64,000 bases of DNA from an uncultured Nitrososphaerota archaeon (lineage in GTDB: Archaea > Thermoproteota > Nitrososphaeria > Nitrososphaerales > CADDZS01): NCBI GenBank assembly GCA_963799845.1, contig CAWCYI010000004.1, positions 1,376,001 to 1,440,000 on the forward strand, given 5' to 3'. Position 1 is the stretch's first letter. Every line of letters begins with the position of its first letter. The position numbers and the translations under genes were made by a program. Positions 30,186 to 40,556 of the stretch are shown piece after piece. The notes under the pieces are model-generated. The model worked only from the letters and a program-made list of their open reading frames with translations. It did not search any database and was not told where the DNA came from.

Positions 30186-30839
30186 ATGGAATCCTCGTTT
30201 GGTCAAATCAAGACATCAACCCAGGGCGAGCTAGTCCCGGTCACAGAAGTCTCTCTGGGTCAGGGCGACAGCGTCTTCTTCGAGCACCACATTTTCCTGT
30301 GGAAAGATCCTTCAGTTACAATCACCGCGAAAGTGATGAAGGGCGTTGGAAAAAGAATTCTCGCCGGCTTACCCGTTTACGTGACAGAAGCCCACGGCCC
30401 CGGCAAGATCGCTTTCTCACGGGACTCGCCGGGTCAGGTTAAATTTTTCGATCTAAAACCCGGTTCTCCGATCCATGTTAAGGAGCATCAGTTCCTTTTC
30501 TCCACGAGCGGTGTCAACTACTCGTACTTCAGAGTCAAGGGTCTGGCCAACATGCTCTACGGCGGCACCGGCTTTTTCATCGACACCTTCGAGGGTACGG
30601 GACTCCTCGCGCTCCACGGATATGGAAATTTGTTCGAGAAAAACCTCGCAGCGGGAGAAACTATCGACCTTGAGCCCGGCGGCTTTTGCTACAAGGACGC
30701 CTCGGTCCAGATGACGACGAACAGCATGGGACTCAAGAGCGGTCTGTTCGGCGGCTTTACCTTCATGATGAACCGCTTTACCGGACCCGGCCGTTTAGGC
30801 ATTCAATCGATGCCGTTCCACCTTGCGAGCGGGGAATAA
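30186..30839 (+). CDS. AIM24 (DUF124) family protein
   Basis: GELVPV, EHH..LWKDP, GPGKIAFSRD.PG, GFFID.F, LHGYGN, RFTGPGRLGIQSM. Confidence 0.9.
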   Translation: MESSFGQIKTSTQGELVPVTEVSLGQGDSVFFEHHIFLWKDPSVTITAKVMKGVGKRILAGLPVYVTEAHGPGKIAFSRDSPGQVKFFDLKPGSPIHVKEHQFLFSTSGVNYSYFRVKGLANMLYGGTGFFIDTFEGTGLLALHGYGNLFEKNLAAGETIDLEPGGFCYKDASVQMTTNSMGLKSGLFGGFTFMMNRFTGPGRLGIQSMPFHLASGE

Positions 30840-30842
30840 TCC

Positions 30843-31559
30843 CTACATACTTGGCGGCTGGCTCGCGCCGCAATTGGGGCAGAAACTTGCATCGTGTGCA
30901 AGACTCGCTCCACACTTTACGCAGAACTTTGTTCCCGCCATTTGTGCTCCAGGTTGAGCCGCCATCGTAGGCGATCCAGGTGGCGGTGGAGGCATCCCAG
31001 GGCCCGACGGCACCATGTCAGGAATCGAGAAGAACGCGACTATTAGCAGGATTTGAGCGATGAGTATCAAGAGTAGTCCTATGACAATGATCGTCAGGAT
31101 CGCCCCGATGAAATAAATTAGAGCAGCTGTCTTGAACATCCCCACGTTCAGCTTCGTTCCAACTTCATTGTACGCCTTGCGAAGGAAGTAGGAAGAAACG
31201 ATTAGCACAATCCATCCAATCACGAGCCCGACCACGATCCCTGCGATCAAACCGCCTAACCCAGGAGTCGAGGTAGTAACTGTCTTGCCGACAATGCTCC
31301 CCAATCCGGCGAACCGGTACACGCTCGCCGCGACGATAACACCGACTACGACAAAGCCAATGATAGAAAGCGCAACCGCGATCAGCATGTCGTTGAATAT
31401 CTTGCTGTCTTTCAGGTCATCCGAGATGTATTTGACGGCAATCAAGGTCATGATAAACCCGATTATGGCTAAAACAACACCAGCGGTCGGGATGAATACG
31501 AGCAGTACGAGAATCGAGCCTACTCCGCCCAGAGTCTTCGCTTGGGATAGAGTTCCCAT
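30843..31559 (-). CDS. DUF996 membrane protein with C-terminal zinc ribbon
   Basis: LSQAKTLGGVGSIL, FKTAALIYFIGAILTII, KFCVKCG...FCPNCG. Confidence 0.88.
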   Translation of the reverse strand: MGTLSQAKTLGGVGSILVLLVFIPTAGVVLAIIGFIMTLIAVKYISDDLKDSKIFNDMLIAVALSIIGFVVVGVIVAASVYRFAGLGSIVGKTVTTSTPGLGGLIAGIVVGLVIGWIVLIVSSYFLRKAYNEVGTKLNVGMFKTAALIYFIGAILTIIVIGLLLILIAQILLIVAFFSIPDMVPSGPGMPPPPPGSPTMAAQPGAQMAGTKFCVKCGASLAHDASFCPNCGASQPPSM

Positions 31560-31635
31560 GTTATTCTTCGCGGTCTGGACAAACCCCGTACTATTTATCT
31601 TAATCTTTCTGGTTTCCACTCACAGGTGATCCACG

Positions 31636-32613
31636 TTGAACTGCCCTTATTGCGGCCAGAATCTTCTCGACCCGATTCTCCCATCCTGCCCCAACTGCAG
31701 GAAGATCCTGCCTAAATCGAATGATCCACCATACGTAGACCAGCTTCAGGCCGGGTATCAGACGCGCAAGGGCCTCGGAGATCTGAGAAATGCGTTCATG
31801 CTCTATCTGGTCGGTTCCGCAATTACCCTCGTTCCGGTCATCGGCGCAATCGGCGGGATAATCTCCTTTATTGCCCTGATCTTACTCATCATCGGCTGGA
31901 GGGCTCTCGGCAGATCTTCGCTGAATGAAAGCGAAAACTACCGCTCTACCGGCAGCTGGCTCGTGTACGCAATCATCATTGCAATCGTTATCGCCATCGT
32001 CGGTAGCATTTTACTCACCGTTTCTGTCGTCTCTTATTACATTTCGCATCCCGTCCACCTGCCCACCAACTCACCCGTACCTTCAATCTCGCAGTTTCCC
32101 GGGATTTCTATGTTTTTGATCGGCATCATTTTGGAAGTAGGCATAATCTATGTAGCCTGGTTCTCTGTGTGGTTTAAGATGTGCAACTCAATGAAAAAGT
32201 TAGGCAATGAACTATCTCAGCCGCGTCTTCGAACCGCCGGAAATCTGTACATCCTTCAAATTCTTGCAGTAGTTGCAGCGGGTTTGTCATTTCTTCTGGT
32301 CTTTGTTTACGGAAACGTCTTCTCGCGATCATCATCATTCCTCGCCGAAGAAAAAAACCTCTTTCTCGGCATATTCGGCTACTTTACACTCGGGGGTTAC
32401 TGGCCGATATTGGGATTGAGTTTCTTGTTTGAGAACCTATTGCTTGTTGTCGGTTCATACCTCGCGTATGGCGCCCTTGGATCTGCCTCTAGAAACCTAG
32501 CTCCGATAGCACCGCCCCAAATGAACTCCGGACAATTTTGTCCCCACTGCGGACACGTAGTAGACCCTTCAAACATTTTTTGTCCCAGCTGCGGTTCGAA
32601 ATTGAAGAACTAG
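31636..32613 (+). CDS. DUF973-like membrane protein with N- and C-terminal zinc ribbons
   Basis: CPYCG...CPNC; GL..LR, TM helices, LRTAG.LY; FCPHCG...FCPSCG. Confidence 0.75.
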   Translation: MNCPYCGQNLLDPILPSCPNCRKILPKSNDPPYVDQLQAGYQTRKGLGDLRNAFMLYLVGSAITLVPVIGAIGGIISFIALILLIIGWRALGRSSLNESENYRSTGSWLVYAIIIAIVIAIVGSILLTVSVVSYYISHPVHLPTNSPVPSISQFPGISMFLIGIILEVGIIYVAWFSVWFKMCNSMKKLGNELSQPRLRTAGNLYILQILAVVAAGLSFLLVFVYGNVFSRSSSFLAEEKNLFLGIFGYFTLGGYWPILGLSFLFENLLLVVGSYLAYGALGSASRNLAPIAPPQMNSGQFCPHCGHVVDPSNIFCPSCGSKLKN

Positions 32614-32678
32614 AAAGTCGAATTCTACTCTTCACCATGGGTATGCTCTTATGCATGGAAATCACACAATAATATAGA

Positions 32679-32945
32679 ATGCTTTCGGAAACGGCTACAG
32701 TAACCAGCAAGGGCATGGTCAACATACCCGCCAAGATCAGGAAAAAGTTCTCAATTAAAGAAGGAACTAAGATCGTATTCATCGAGAGTGAGAACGGAAC
32801 CTTGCAGCTGATACCCGTACCACCACTGTCAGAGTTATTCGGAGTAGCTCGCGAACATAAGAACATTCTGATCGCTGGCATAAGGGAATTAGAAAGTGAG
32901 CACAGGCGCGAGATAGCTCTTGACCGCGAGAAACGTAGTGATTGA
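32679..32945 (+). CDS. vapB: AbrB/MazE-type antitoxin
   Basis: TVTSKGMVNIPAKIRKKFSIKEG.K; overlaps the PIN gene. Confidence 0.88.
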   Translation: MLSETATVTSKGMVNIPAKIRKKFSIKEGTKIVFIESENGTLQLIPVPPLSELFGVAREHKNILIAGIRELESEHRREIALDREKRSD

Positions 32946-33321
32946 TACAGGCGTTCCGACTCTATTCTTTACCGGAGAGGCTAGAGTACGAACTGCCTTC
33001 ATAGAGTTTGAGAGAGGCAGAACTAATGGATACATTACGTCAGTGAATCTTTCTGAATTCTATTACAAGACATGTGAGAAGATGGGAGAAGTCGCGACGC
33101 TGTGGTACCATCAATGTAGAGAACTACTTCAAATTCTCGAGACCGACCGAGAATTGTGTCTCTTGGCGGGAAAGGAAAAATGCCATCGAGGCACAAGTCT
33201 TTCACTTGCTGACTGTTTTGCTCTTGCTGCCGCAAAGAGTTTGAACGGCACTTTGATGACCACTGATCCGGAGCTCGAGAAGGTCAAGGAAGTCGATGTG
33301 AAGTTCTTTGATGTGAGTTGA
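32920..33321 (+). CDS. vapC: PIN-domain toxin
   Basis: VVIDTG, NLSEF, LSLADCFALA, LMTTDPE acidic tetrad. Confidence 0.9.
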   Translation: MTARNVVIDTGVPTLFFTGEARVRTAFIEFERGRTNGYITSVNLSEFYYKTCEKMGEVATLWYHQCRELLQILETDRELCLLAGKEKCHRGTSLSLADCFALAAAKSLNGTLMTTDPELEKVKEVDVKFFDVS

Positions 33322-33401
33322 GTACTCGGTCGACGGTGAGGCATGTAGAAACCGAAGATGGCGCGATCAGATTATCCGTTCCGCAGCAGGGTTGATGATA
33401 T

Positions 33402-34859
33402 CTAGATGGAGAACGCATAAACTGCATCATCGCCTGCAGCAAAAACGAGCCCACCAGCTGCAGACGGCGTGACAAAATGTACCTCGCTGCCCAGAGAGTA
33501 GCTGAATATCGCAGTTCCATTCAACGCGTTTACAGCATGTAGCATGGCTAAATCCTGGTCAATAGTCCACACCGCCCCGCCTGTAACTATCGGAGAATTG
33601 GCGTAGAAACTGGTATTGTTCCAGAGGACGGAGAAGGTATAACCCTCCACCTTTAGGGCAAAGAGGCCGTTGGTGCACGGGACATAGATCACCGGCGAAA
33701 CGTAAGCGGTCCCACCGAAGGCCTCGTTGCATACCTTGAGCGAGAATTCTTCGCCCCCGACCCCTCCCAGACTGGATTCATTCAAAAGATAGCCGATTCC
33801 CTGCTTTCCGATCTGGAATATTGTATCGTTACCGAGGATCGTCGGGGCGAGCGATCCAAGATCACTGTCGTTTGCATTCAACGCCGCCCAGCTCGAAGGA
33901 GCGAAATAGTCGGTCTCGTTCAGACCGAACGAAAGATGGATGACCGCGTTTCCAAAGTCAAAGACAGATCCCGACGCGCTGTTTCCCGTTGCCGCGAAAA
34001 CTCCCGTCGAATCAATCGCGACCCCCGATGGAGCCCATATCCCTCCCTCCCGGCCCGTCGGCGCCTGGTATGAGAGCGTGGCGGACGAGTTATCCTCGTG
34101 CACGCCCAAAACATAGCCATAATACTGGCCGCAGTCGCCGGCCAGACCACCGTACGGTATGTAGATGGTGCCATCCGCCAGAGAAAGCGCACCCCTCTGT
34201 TGCTCCACGAGTGGGCTCACGCCGGGAGGATCAACTACACGCTGGAACGCGACATCACCCGATTTCAGATTTAGGGCAAAGAGGACATGATGCTGCGGGT
34301 AGAGGTACGCGACCACAAAGATCTCGCCCTCAGAGGAATCAATTACGGGAGTGCCCGTAATTCCGGACGGGTCGATGTCGCCACAGGGCAGAGTATTTCC
34401 GGGCACGGGAGTGCCGAGGTTTGTTCGCCATATGACCTGGCCGGTACTCTCGTTTAGAGCATAGGCGGAATCGTTTTCAGTGACCACGTAGACCGCACCG
34501 CTATCGATGAGCGGCTCGGCATAGATTGCACCGTCCAGAGTTTGAGATTGCCACACAAGACTCGGTGCAGAAATCGCAACAGAGGGCTCGTCGGGGTCGT
34601 AACCGTCCCGCGCAAGGTCTCTGTGGTACGTAAGCCAGCTGGAGGAAAAGTTTGGCGAGGACGGAGTGAATGTGGTGGTACTGGTCTGCGAAGTAAATGC
34701 GCTTGTCGGCGATTGAGTAATTATGCTACTTGAGGTCGTGAATTCGGATGAGATAATTGTGGAAGCGGAAAGAAAGGCATACGCGGCTGCGAGACCGATC
34801 GCGATGATTACGATTACGACAGCGACGATGAAGGTCAGCCGGAAACCCGAGCTTAACAT
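33402..34859 (-). CDS. Membrane-anchored PQQ-binding-like beta-propeller protein
   Basis: TM + Ser/Thr linker; WLTYH.D..R.G, YAEPL, GITGTPVID, QQRGAL, GGIW, DLGS. Confidence 0.85.
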   Translation of the reverse strand: MLSSGFRLTFIVAVVIVIIAIGLAAAYAFLSASTIISSEFTTSSSIITQSPTSAFTSQTSTTTFTPSSPNFSSSWLTYHRDLARDGYDPDEPSVAISAPSLVWQSQTLDGAIYAEPLIDSGAVYVVTENDSAYALNESTGQVIWRTNLGTPVPGNTLPCGDIDPSGITGTPVIDSSEGEIFVVAYLYPQHHVLFALNLKSGDVAFQRVVDPPGVSPLVEQQRGALSLADGTIYIPYGGLAGDCGQYYGYVLGVHEDNSSATLSYQAPTGREGGIWAPSGVAIDSTGVFAATGNSASGSVFDFGNAVIHLSFGLNETDYFAPSSWAALNANDSDLGSLAPTILGNDTIFQIGKQGIGYLLNESSLGGVGGEEFSLKVCNEAFGGTAYVSPVIYVPCTNGLFALKVEGYTFSVLWNNTSFYANSPIVTGGAVWTIDQDLAMLHAVNALNGTAIFSYSLGSEVHFVTPSAAGGLVFAAGDDAVYAFSI

Positions 34860-34863
34860 GATA

Positions 34864-35886
34864 TCACCGGGAGGCGACGCGATAAATTTCGTTGCAGACT
34901 TTGATCAGACCCGGGAGCTCCCCTGGATCGAGCGCCTGCGCGGCGTCGCTCAGCGCTTCTTCCGGGCGATCATGAACCTCGATCATCAGTCCGTTTGCCC
35001 CGCACGCGATCGAAGCCTTGCTCATTGGGAGGATGAGGTCGCATCGGCCGGTTCCGTGGCTGGGATCGACGATGACCGGAAAAGGGGTTTCTTTTTTCAA
35101 AAGCGGTACCGCATTAAGGTCCAGAGTAAATCGCGTAGCTGGCTTGAACGAGCCGCCGAGAGGAGTGATCCCGCGCTCGCAGAGCAGGAGCTGTCTGTTC
35201 CCGTGCGCCGCGATTCTCTCGGCGAAGCTCAGGTATTCATCGATCTGCGCGGAAAAGCCGCGCTTGAACAAGATTGGTTTTTTCGTCTTGGCGCAGGCTT
35301 CGAGGAGGTCCTGGTTGTACATGTTTCGCGCGCCGATCTGCAAAATATCTGCGTACTTTGCTACCGTCTTTACATCGAACTCGCTTCGAATTTCTGTGAC
35401 GGTGGGCATGGAAAGATCATTTCCAACGTCTTTCAAATGCTTCAACCCCGTAATGCCAAGCCCCTGGAAGGAGTGAATGGAGGTACGCGGTTTATACGCG
35501 CCGCCGCGGAGTATGTGGGCGCCGGCTTCCTTCACCTTCTTCCCAATTCGACGGAGTTGCTCGTAGCTTTCGATTGAGCACGGGCCCGCGATGTAGACCG
35601 GAGGGTTTTCGCCGCCGATTTTCACGTCGCCGACCTTGACAACAATGTCGCGGTGGATGTAGCTCCGACTGACCAGACGGTAGGGAACCAGAATCGTAAT
35701 CACTTCTTGCACCCCTGGTAGCGAACCCAGAAATTCAAGATCTATCTTTTTTTCGTCGCCGATGATTCCAATAACGTTCTGGAACTCGCCGAACATCGTG
35801 TCGGTTTTGAGACCGGATGCCCTGATCGTTTTTAGGACGCGGGACATTTCCTTTGGAGAAGCTCCCGGCTTCATTACGACACTCAT
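34864..35886 (-). CDS. aroF: DAHP synthase, type I-beta with N-terminal regulatory domain
   Basis: IAGPCSIE, RGGAYKPRTS, QIGARNM.N, KRG, CERGI, VDPSHGTG, IEVH..P..ALSD. Confidence 0.93.
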   Translation of the reverse strand: MSVVMKPGASPKEMSRVLKTIRASGLKTDTMFGEFQNVIGIIGDEKKIDLEFLGSLPGVQEVITILVPYRLVSRSYIHRDIVVKVGDVKIGGENPPVYIAGPCSIESYEQLRRIGKKVKEAGAHILRGGAYKPRTSIHSFQGLGITGLKHLKDVGNDLSMPTVTEIRSEFDVKTVAKYADILQIGARNMYNQDLLEACAKTKKPILFKRGFSAQIDEYLSFAERIAAHGNRQLLLCERGITPLGGSFKPATRFTLDLNAVPLLKKETPFPVIVDPSHGTGRCDLILPMSKASIACGANGLMIEVHDRPEEALSDAAQALDPGELPGLIKVCNEIYRVASR

Positions 35887-36039
35887 GCAGAAATGTCACT
35901 CCGTTTCGAGAAGTGGTTTTGGCCGGGGAAGACTGGCGTATTTGATCAACGGCCTTTATCACAGAATCAACGAGCTCGTTTTAAGTTTGGCGAGCCAGGA
36001 TCGAAATCTTCTAAAAACTGCATTAGAATAATCGGACTC

Positions 36040-36462
36040 ATGGGGAAGAGCAGGCCGTCAATAATTGCGGGCGGAATACTCGCGATCGTTGGCGGAGCTC
36101 TCATCATCACGAGCGGGTATCGAACGGGAAGTTTTCTAGTTACAGCAGCGTCCTACTCGGAAGCGAAATTCGGATCGTTCTTGTCGGGGCAGGAGCTTTC
36201 GGCCATACAGATCGCGCTGATCGTTCTGAGCTTTGTCATCAGTTTCGGAGGACTTTTAGCCATCCTTGGCGGTGTGCTCGTGATTTCAAAGCACCTGACA
36301 ACCGGGAAGATTTTGATTGGTCTGGGAGGCGGAGTGGGGTTTATCGGGATCGCGATCTCGGTCGGATACGCGATTTACGTGAACGGGTTTTCAGTACTCG
36401 TCGCGCATATTGACTACTGGGTGGGAGTGCTCATCGCGAGCATAGGAAGATATCTAGCGTGA
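36040..36462 (+). CDS. Hypothetical membrane protein (about 4 TM)
   Basis: Gly-rich hydrophobic helices starting at ATG 36040. Confidence 0.7.
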   Translation: MGKSRPSIIAGGILAIVGGALIITSGYRTGSFLVTAASYSEAKFGSFLSGQELSAIQIALIVLSFVISFGGLLAILGGVLVISKHLTTGKILIGLGGGVGFIGIAISVGYAIYVNGFSVLVAHIDYWVGVLIASIGRYLA

Positions 36463-36463
36463 T

Positions 36464-36724
36464 TCAGCTTGTGTCGAGGAAGCCCGCGTCCTCGGTTGCG
36501 ACCTTTTCCATCGCGGATTTTGCGGGCCCTTTTGCGAAGACGCCCAGCGCGCCCAGTTCCATCTCGGCGTGATAATTTATCTGGGCGCCTTCCTGACTTT
36601 TGATCGTCACCGATTTCATAAAGTCGGGGTGATGCTTCGGGAGGTTCTCAGGATGCGTAAAATATTCAATCACTTTAGGAACTGGAGCTTTTGTCTGACG
36701 GGAAAAATCCCACTTTGTTGCCAT
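36464..36724 (-). pseudogene. SRPBCC-like protein, apparently internally deleted (86 aa)
   Basis: KAPV.KV.EYFT.PENLP..HP N-terminus and C-terminal helix are present, but the central strands are missing. Confidence 0.5.
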
Positions 36725-36996
36725 GATAGTTTTTCACGCGGCGGAGCGGTTATTTAAAGAAAATATGTTCTTGACTCATTATTCACGAGCTTCGGTCACG
36801 ACATAGGAACTATCGCTCTGAAATTATGGCAAACGTGTTGCCGCTCTCTCGGATCCTTGAAAAGTTAGCGTGGCCCTACCAAGTGTCTAAAGAACTTTAG
36901 ATCGTTTTTGACGTCAGTACTGCCCATGTACGGAAATCGCAGTTGCCACGACGATTATCTTTTCAATGAAGACGCCAATCATTTAAGGCGATCAGG

Positions 36997-37293
36997 CTAA
37001 TCCTTGCGTTCGTCTTCCTTTTCCTTGATCTCTGCCCATTGATGTCCGCAGTGCTTGCATTTGTAAGAGTACTGGAATTTCTCAACATCGACATAGACAG
37101 GCTCGGTTTCTCCAAGCTCAACATATGATCCTGGGTATCCGCCGAAATAATCTTCAGAAATCGGCACGGATTCTTTGATGGTTTCAGAACCTACGAGTTC
37201 CTCGCTTACGAGTCTAATTTCAAATCTCTTTCCACAATTAGGACACCTTCGAAAGAAGGTCTCAATACTGGACATTGTTTTCGGTTTTCCCAC
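36997..37293 (-). CDS. Small zinc-binding protein
   Basis: FFRRCPNCGKRF ... YKCKHCGHQW. Confidence 0.75.
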   Translation of the reverse strand: MGKPKTMSSIETFFRRCPNCGKRFEIRLVSEELVGSETIKESVPISEDYFGGYPGSYVELGETEPVYVDVEKFQYSYKCKHCGHQWAEIKEKEDERKD

Positions 37294-37430
37294 AAGTATC
37301 TATTAAAGGAAACGAAACGGTTCAGGAACAAACAAGTCATCTTCAAACTTCCTCCGTAGCAACATGAAGCCCAAAACATCGAATCTTGGGTCAAACATAA
37401 ATCAGAGTACGTAATTCTGTCTAAGCGAAT

Positions 37431-38205
37431 TTGCAAGTTAGCGCGACGAAGAGCGTTGGGAGGACTCCAAAGAAATACTTGGAATTGCAAAAGGAGCTCA
37501 GTTCCAATGATCGAAAGGCAAAATTCGTGATGTACCTTTTCTCCGAAGGTCCCAGAGAATACGATTTTCTCCTCAAGATACTTAGCATGGGGCGCGACGT
37601 CTACTGGAGAAATTCAATCATTGAAAAAGCACGACCGTCCAAGGGAGGAAGGGTGCTGGATATTGCCTGCGGAACGGGGCTCGTCTCGTACCAGTTTGCC
37701 TCCCACGGGAATTCGGTTGTAGGAATAGACGTGACAAGAGAGATGCTTACCAGAGCCCTCGCCCTACGAGACGGCAAGAACGCAAAAGACGTGGATCTAA
37801 TCCAGGCAAGAGCTGAAAATCTGCCCCTGAGATCCAACGTCTTTGACTGCGCCACGATCAGCCTCGCTACCAGGAACGTATCAAATGTTTCGTCCACATT
37901 TCAGGAAATGGGAAGATGCGTCAAGACGGGCGGCCCCGTGATCTCGATGGACTTTACCAGACCTAGGGGAAGGGTTTTTGGGGCGTTTTACAATTTCTAC
38001 ACTTTCCGAGTCCTGCCGACTCTTGGGATGGTGATCTCAAGACACTGGAATGGAATCTTCGCCTATCTTGCCGGTTCGATCGAGCGATCCAAGACTCCCG
38101 AACAGCTCATCACAGATCATGGAAGGTGTCGGACTGGAGAACGCTGAAGTCAAGAGGATGACCCACGGAGTGACCGCACTGGTCACGGGATACAAAATCA
38201 CATGA
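37431..38205 (+). CDS. UbiE/MenG-like SAM methyltransferase (frameshift near 38110)
   Basis: YD...S.G.D..WR, VLDIACGTG, AENLP, RNV, YL..SI; the tail continues in the shifted frame to TGA 38205. Confidence 0.85.
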
Positions 38206-38224
38206 ATTGGGCCGCCTTGAAAAC

Positions 38225-38956
38225 ATGACATCCCAGAAACCCGCGTGGTACGCACTTGATGGACGTGGAACGTTATCCGACATAGTGAATCTCCTCCATC
38301 CGCCCTACACCCTGTGGCATCTGTCTTACATCGTAATTGGAATCGCGCTATCTCCGGTGATTCATGCTGATCGCTCGATAGCCGTCCTCGTTTCCTATTT
38401 TCTCGGGCTGGGTGTCGGAGCTCATGCACTTGACGAAACTATGGGTAACCCGCTTCAAACAAGATTATCCCGGAACAAACTTTACCTGATCGGATTCTCC
38501 TCGCTTACGGCCGCAGTCTCGATCGGGCTGTATTACGTTTTCACGGTGTCGCTGTTAATCCTCCCAATTATACTGGCTGAAGTTTTTTTCGCGCTGGCGT
38601 ACAACCTGGAAGCTTTTGACAAGAGGTTTCACAACACCTTCGTTTTCGCGCTATCCTGGGGAATCTTACCATTCCTTACGGGATATTTCATCAACTCCCT
38701 TTCTCTCAGCGCTGGAGTGCTAGCCGCTTCGGTTGGCATCGGGTTACTGACATATGTCCAGCGAACTCTCAGCCTTCAAGCAAGATCGATCAGGAGAAAC
38801 ATTCACTCGCCGATACAAAAGTTGAAACTGGAAAACGGGGACGAAATCAGCGTGACATCCAAAGACCTGATCTCGCCGGCAGAAAAATCTCTAAAGGCGC
38901 TGACGCTCATGATATTCGTTTTCGCTATCGCGCTGTTACTTCAAAGGCTCGCTTGA
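38225..38956 (+). CDS. UbiA-prenyltransferase-like membrane protein
   Basis: LHPPYTLWHLSY, AHALDE..G.PL, YNLE.F..RFH, multiple TM helices. Confidence 0.6.
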   Translation: MTSQKPAWYALDGRGTLSDIVNLLHPPYTLWHLSYIVIGIALSPVIHADRSIAVLVSYFLGLGVGAHALDETMGNPLQTRLSRNKLYLIGFSSLTAAVSIGLYYVFTVSLLILPIILAEVFFALAYNLEAFDKRFHNTFVFALSWGILPFLTGYFINSLSLSAGVLAASVGIGLLTYVQRTLSLQARSIRRNIHSPIQKLKLENGDEISVTSKDLISPAEKSLKALTLMIFVFAIALLLQRLA

Positions 38957-39028
38957 TTTTGCAACATGTTTAATGAATCGGGTTTCTGCGGCCACGAAAT
39001 GTAATTGAACTGTAACGGGGCCGATGAA

Positions 39029-40524
39029 TTAAGGCGGAGGAGGTTCAAGGTCGTCTTCGCCGCGGATCGTTTTTTCATACGACCTTTCAACGTAATATCT
39101 TTCATACAGCGAAATATGCTGGTCTTCTATCTGCATCAGGTACTCGTGGACTCGTTGCGCCGCTTCCCGGCCCGACCCCATGGCTTTTACGACGAGCGTC
39201 TCTCCTGCAGTAACATCGCCAGCGGCGAAGACTCCAGAAAGCGAGGTCCTGTAATGGTCGTCTATCGCAATCGAATTTTTCTTTCCGGTATTGAGTCCAG
39301 CCTGTGTCTGGAGGAAAGAGTTCGGACCTCTTCCAATCGCGAGCAGTACTGCGGAGCACTTTAACGTGTACTCCTGTCCGGGAACGGGCTCGGGACTTCT
39401 CCTGCCCGTCGAATCCGGCTCGCCGAGTTTCATCGTATTCATCAGAACCGATGTAAGTTTTCCCTGGTCACCGAGGTATGCTTTCGGATCGGCAAGAAAC
39501 TTGAACTGGATTCCCTCGTCCCTCGCTTCATCGAGCATTATTGGATCTGCAGGCATCTCATTTTCCGTCCTTCGATAGACGATGGTAACATTTCCCTGCG
39601 CGAGTCTTAGAGTCTGTCCTGGCATCATCAAGCGCAGAGTCTCCTCCTCCAATCACCATCACGTCAGTTCCGAGATCATACATTGGGTTTTTCAGATACG
39701 ATTGGACGCCGTTCACGAAAACATCCTCCAGAAACTTGTAGCCATCGAACACACCTTTCAGGTCGATGCCCGGTGTATCGAGCTGAACCGGATATTTCAG
39801 CTCCCGTCGTTATGAGCACCGCGTCGGCATTATCCGAGAGCAATTGTGATAGAGACAAGTCCTTCCCGATCTTGAGGCCAGTTTTTATCTCGACTCCGCG
39901 TCCCTTGATTCGATCTGTCTCATATCCAAGCACATTCTTCGGTAGGTGATAGTCCGGGATGCCGTACCACGCCGTTCCGCCAGGGGCTACAAGTTCTTCA
40001 TAGATCGTTACCGCATGTCCGTAACGCTGCAAAAGAGAAGCGGCCGCAAGACCCGCTGGTCCCGATCCGACTATAGCAACACGCTTTCCGGTCCTGGCAT
40101 CTGCGTTGGGATCGGGCTGTCGGGATTCCGTTTGCTCCCAATCCGTAACAAATCTCTGCAGCATCCCGATGGAAATCGGCTGACCTTCCCAGTGCATGAC
40201 GCACGCATCTTCGCACAGACCTTGAAGTTGAGGACAACACCTAGCGGTGACTCCGGGCAAATCGTTGGTGTCCGATATCCTGACGAATGCAGTTTTCAGG
40301 TCGCCTCTGGAGACCGCTTCGCACATCCCCCTCACGTCCATCTGAACGGGACACGCATCAATGCAGACGGGAGTGCCGCAGAGAAGACATCTCTTCGCCT
40401 CCTCGATGGCCTGCTCTAAATTGTAGGGCTGCTCGACTTCAGAAAAATCATTTTTCCGTTTACTAGGATCTGACTTTGGAAAAGGGAATGGTCCAACCCT
40501 GTTGGGATTTACCTGGGTGCTCAG
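39029..40524 (-). CDS. GltD/SudA/NfnB-like FAD/Fe-S NAD(P)H oxidoreductase (multiple frameshifts)
   Basis: EAKRCLLC..P.CIDACP, RCCPQ...CE..C, VGSGPAGL, YGIP.YHLP, IGGGDSA.D, YRR...EMPA, AAGD; reading frame open upstream to CTG 40524. Confidence 0.88.
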
Positions 40525-40556
40525 TTATACCGCCTGTCTTCAATTTCCTTGGAAAT

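Noticed and set aside
34723-35577. 284-aa plus-strand ORF
   Set aside because: Antisense to the DAHP synthase; no motifs.
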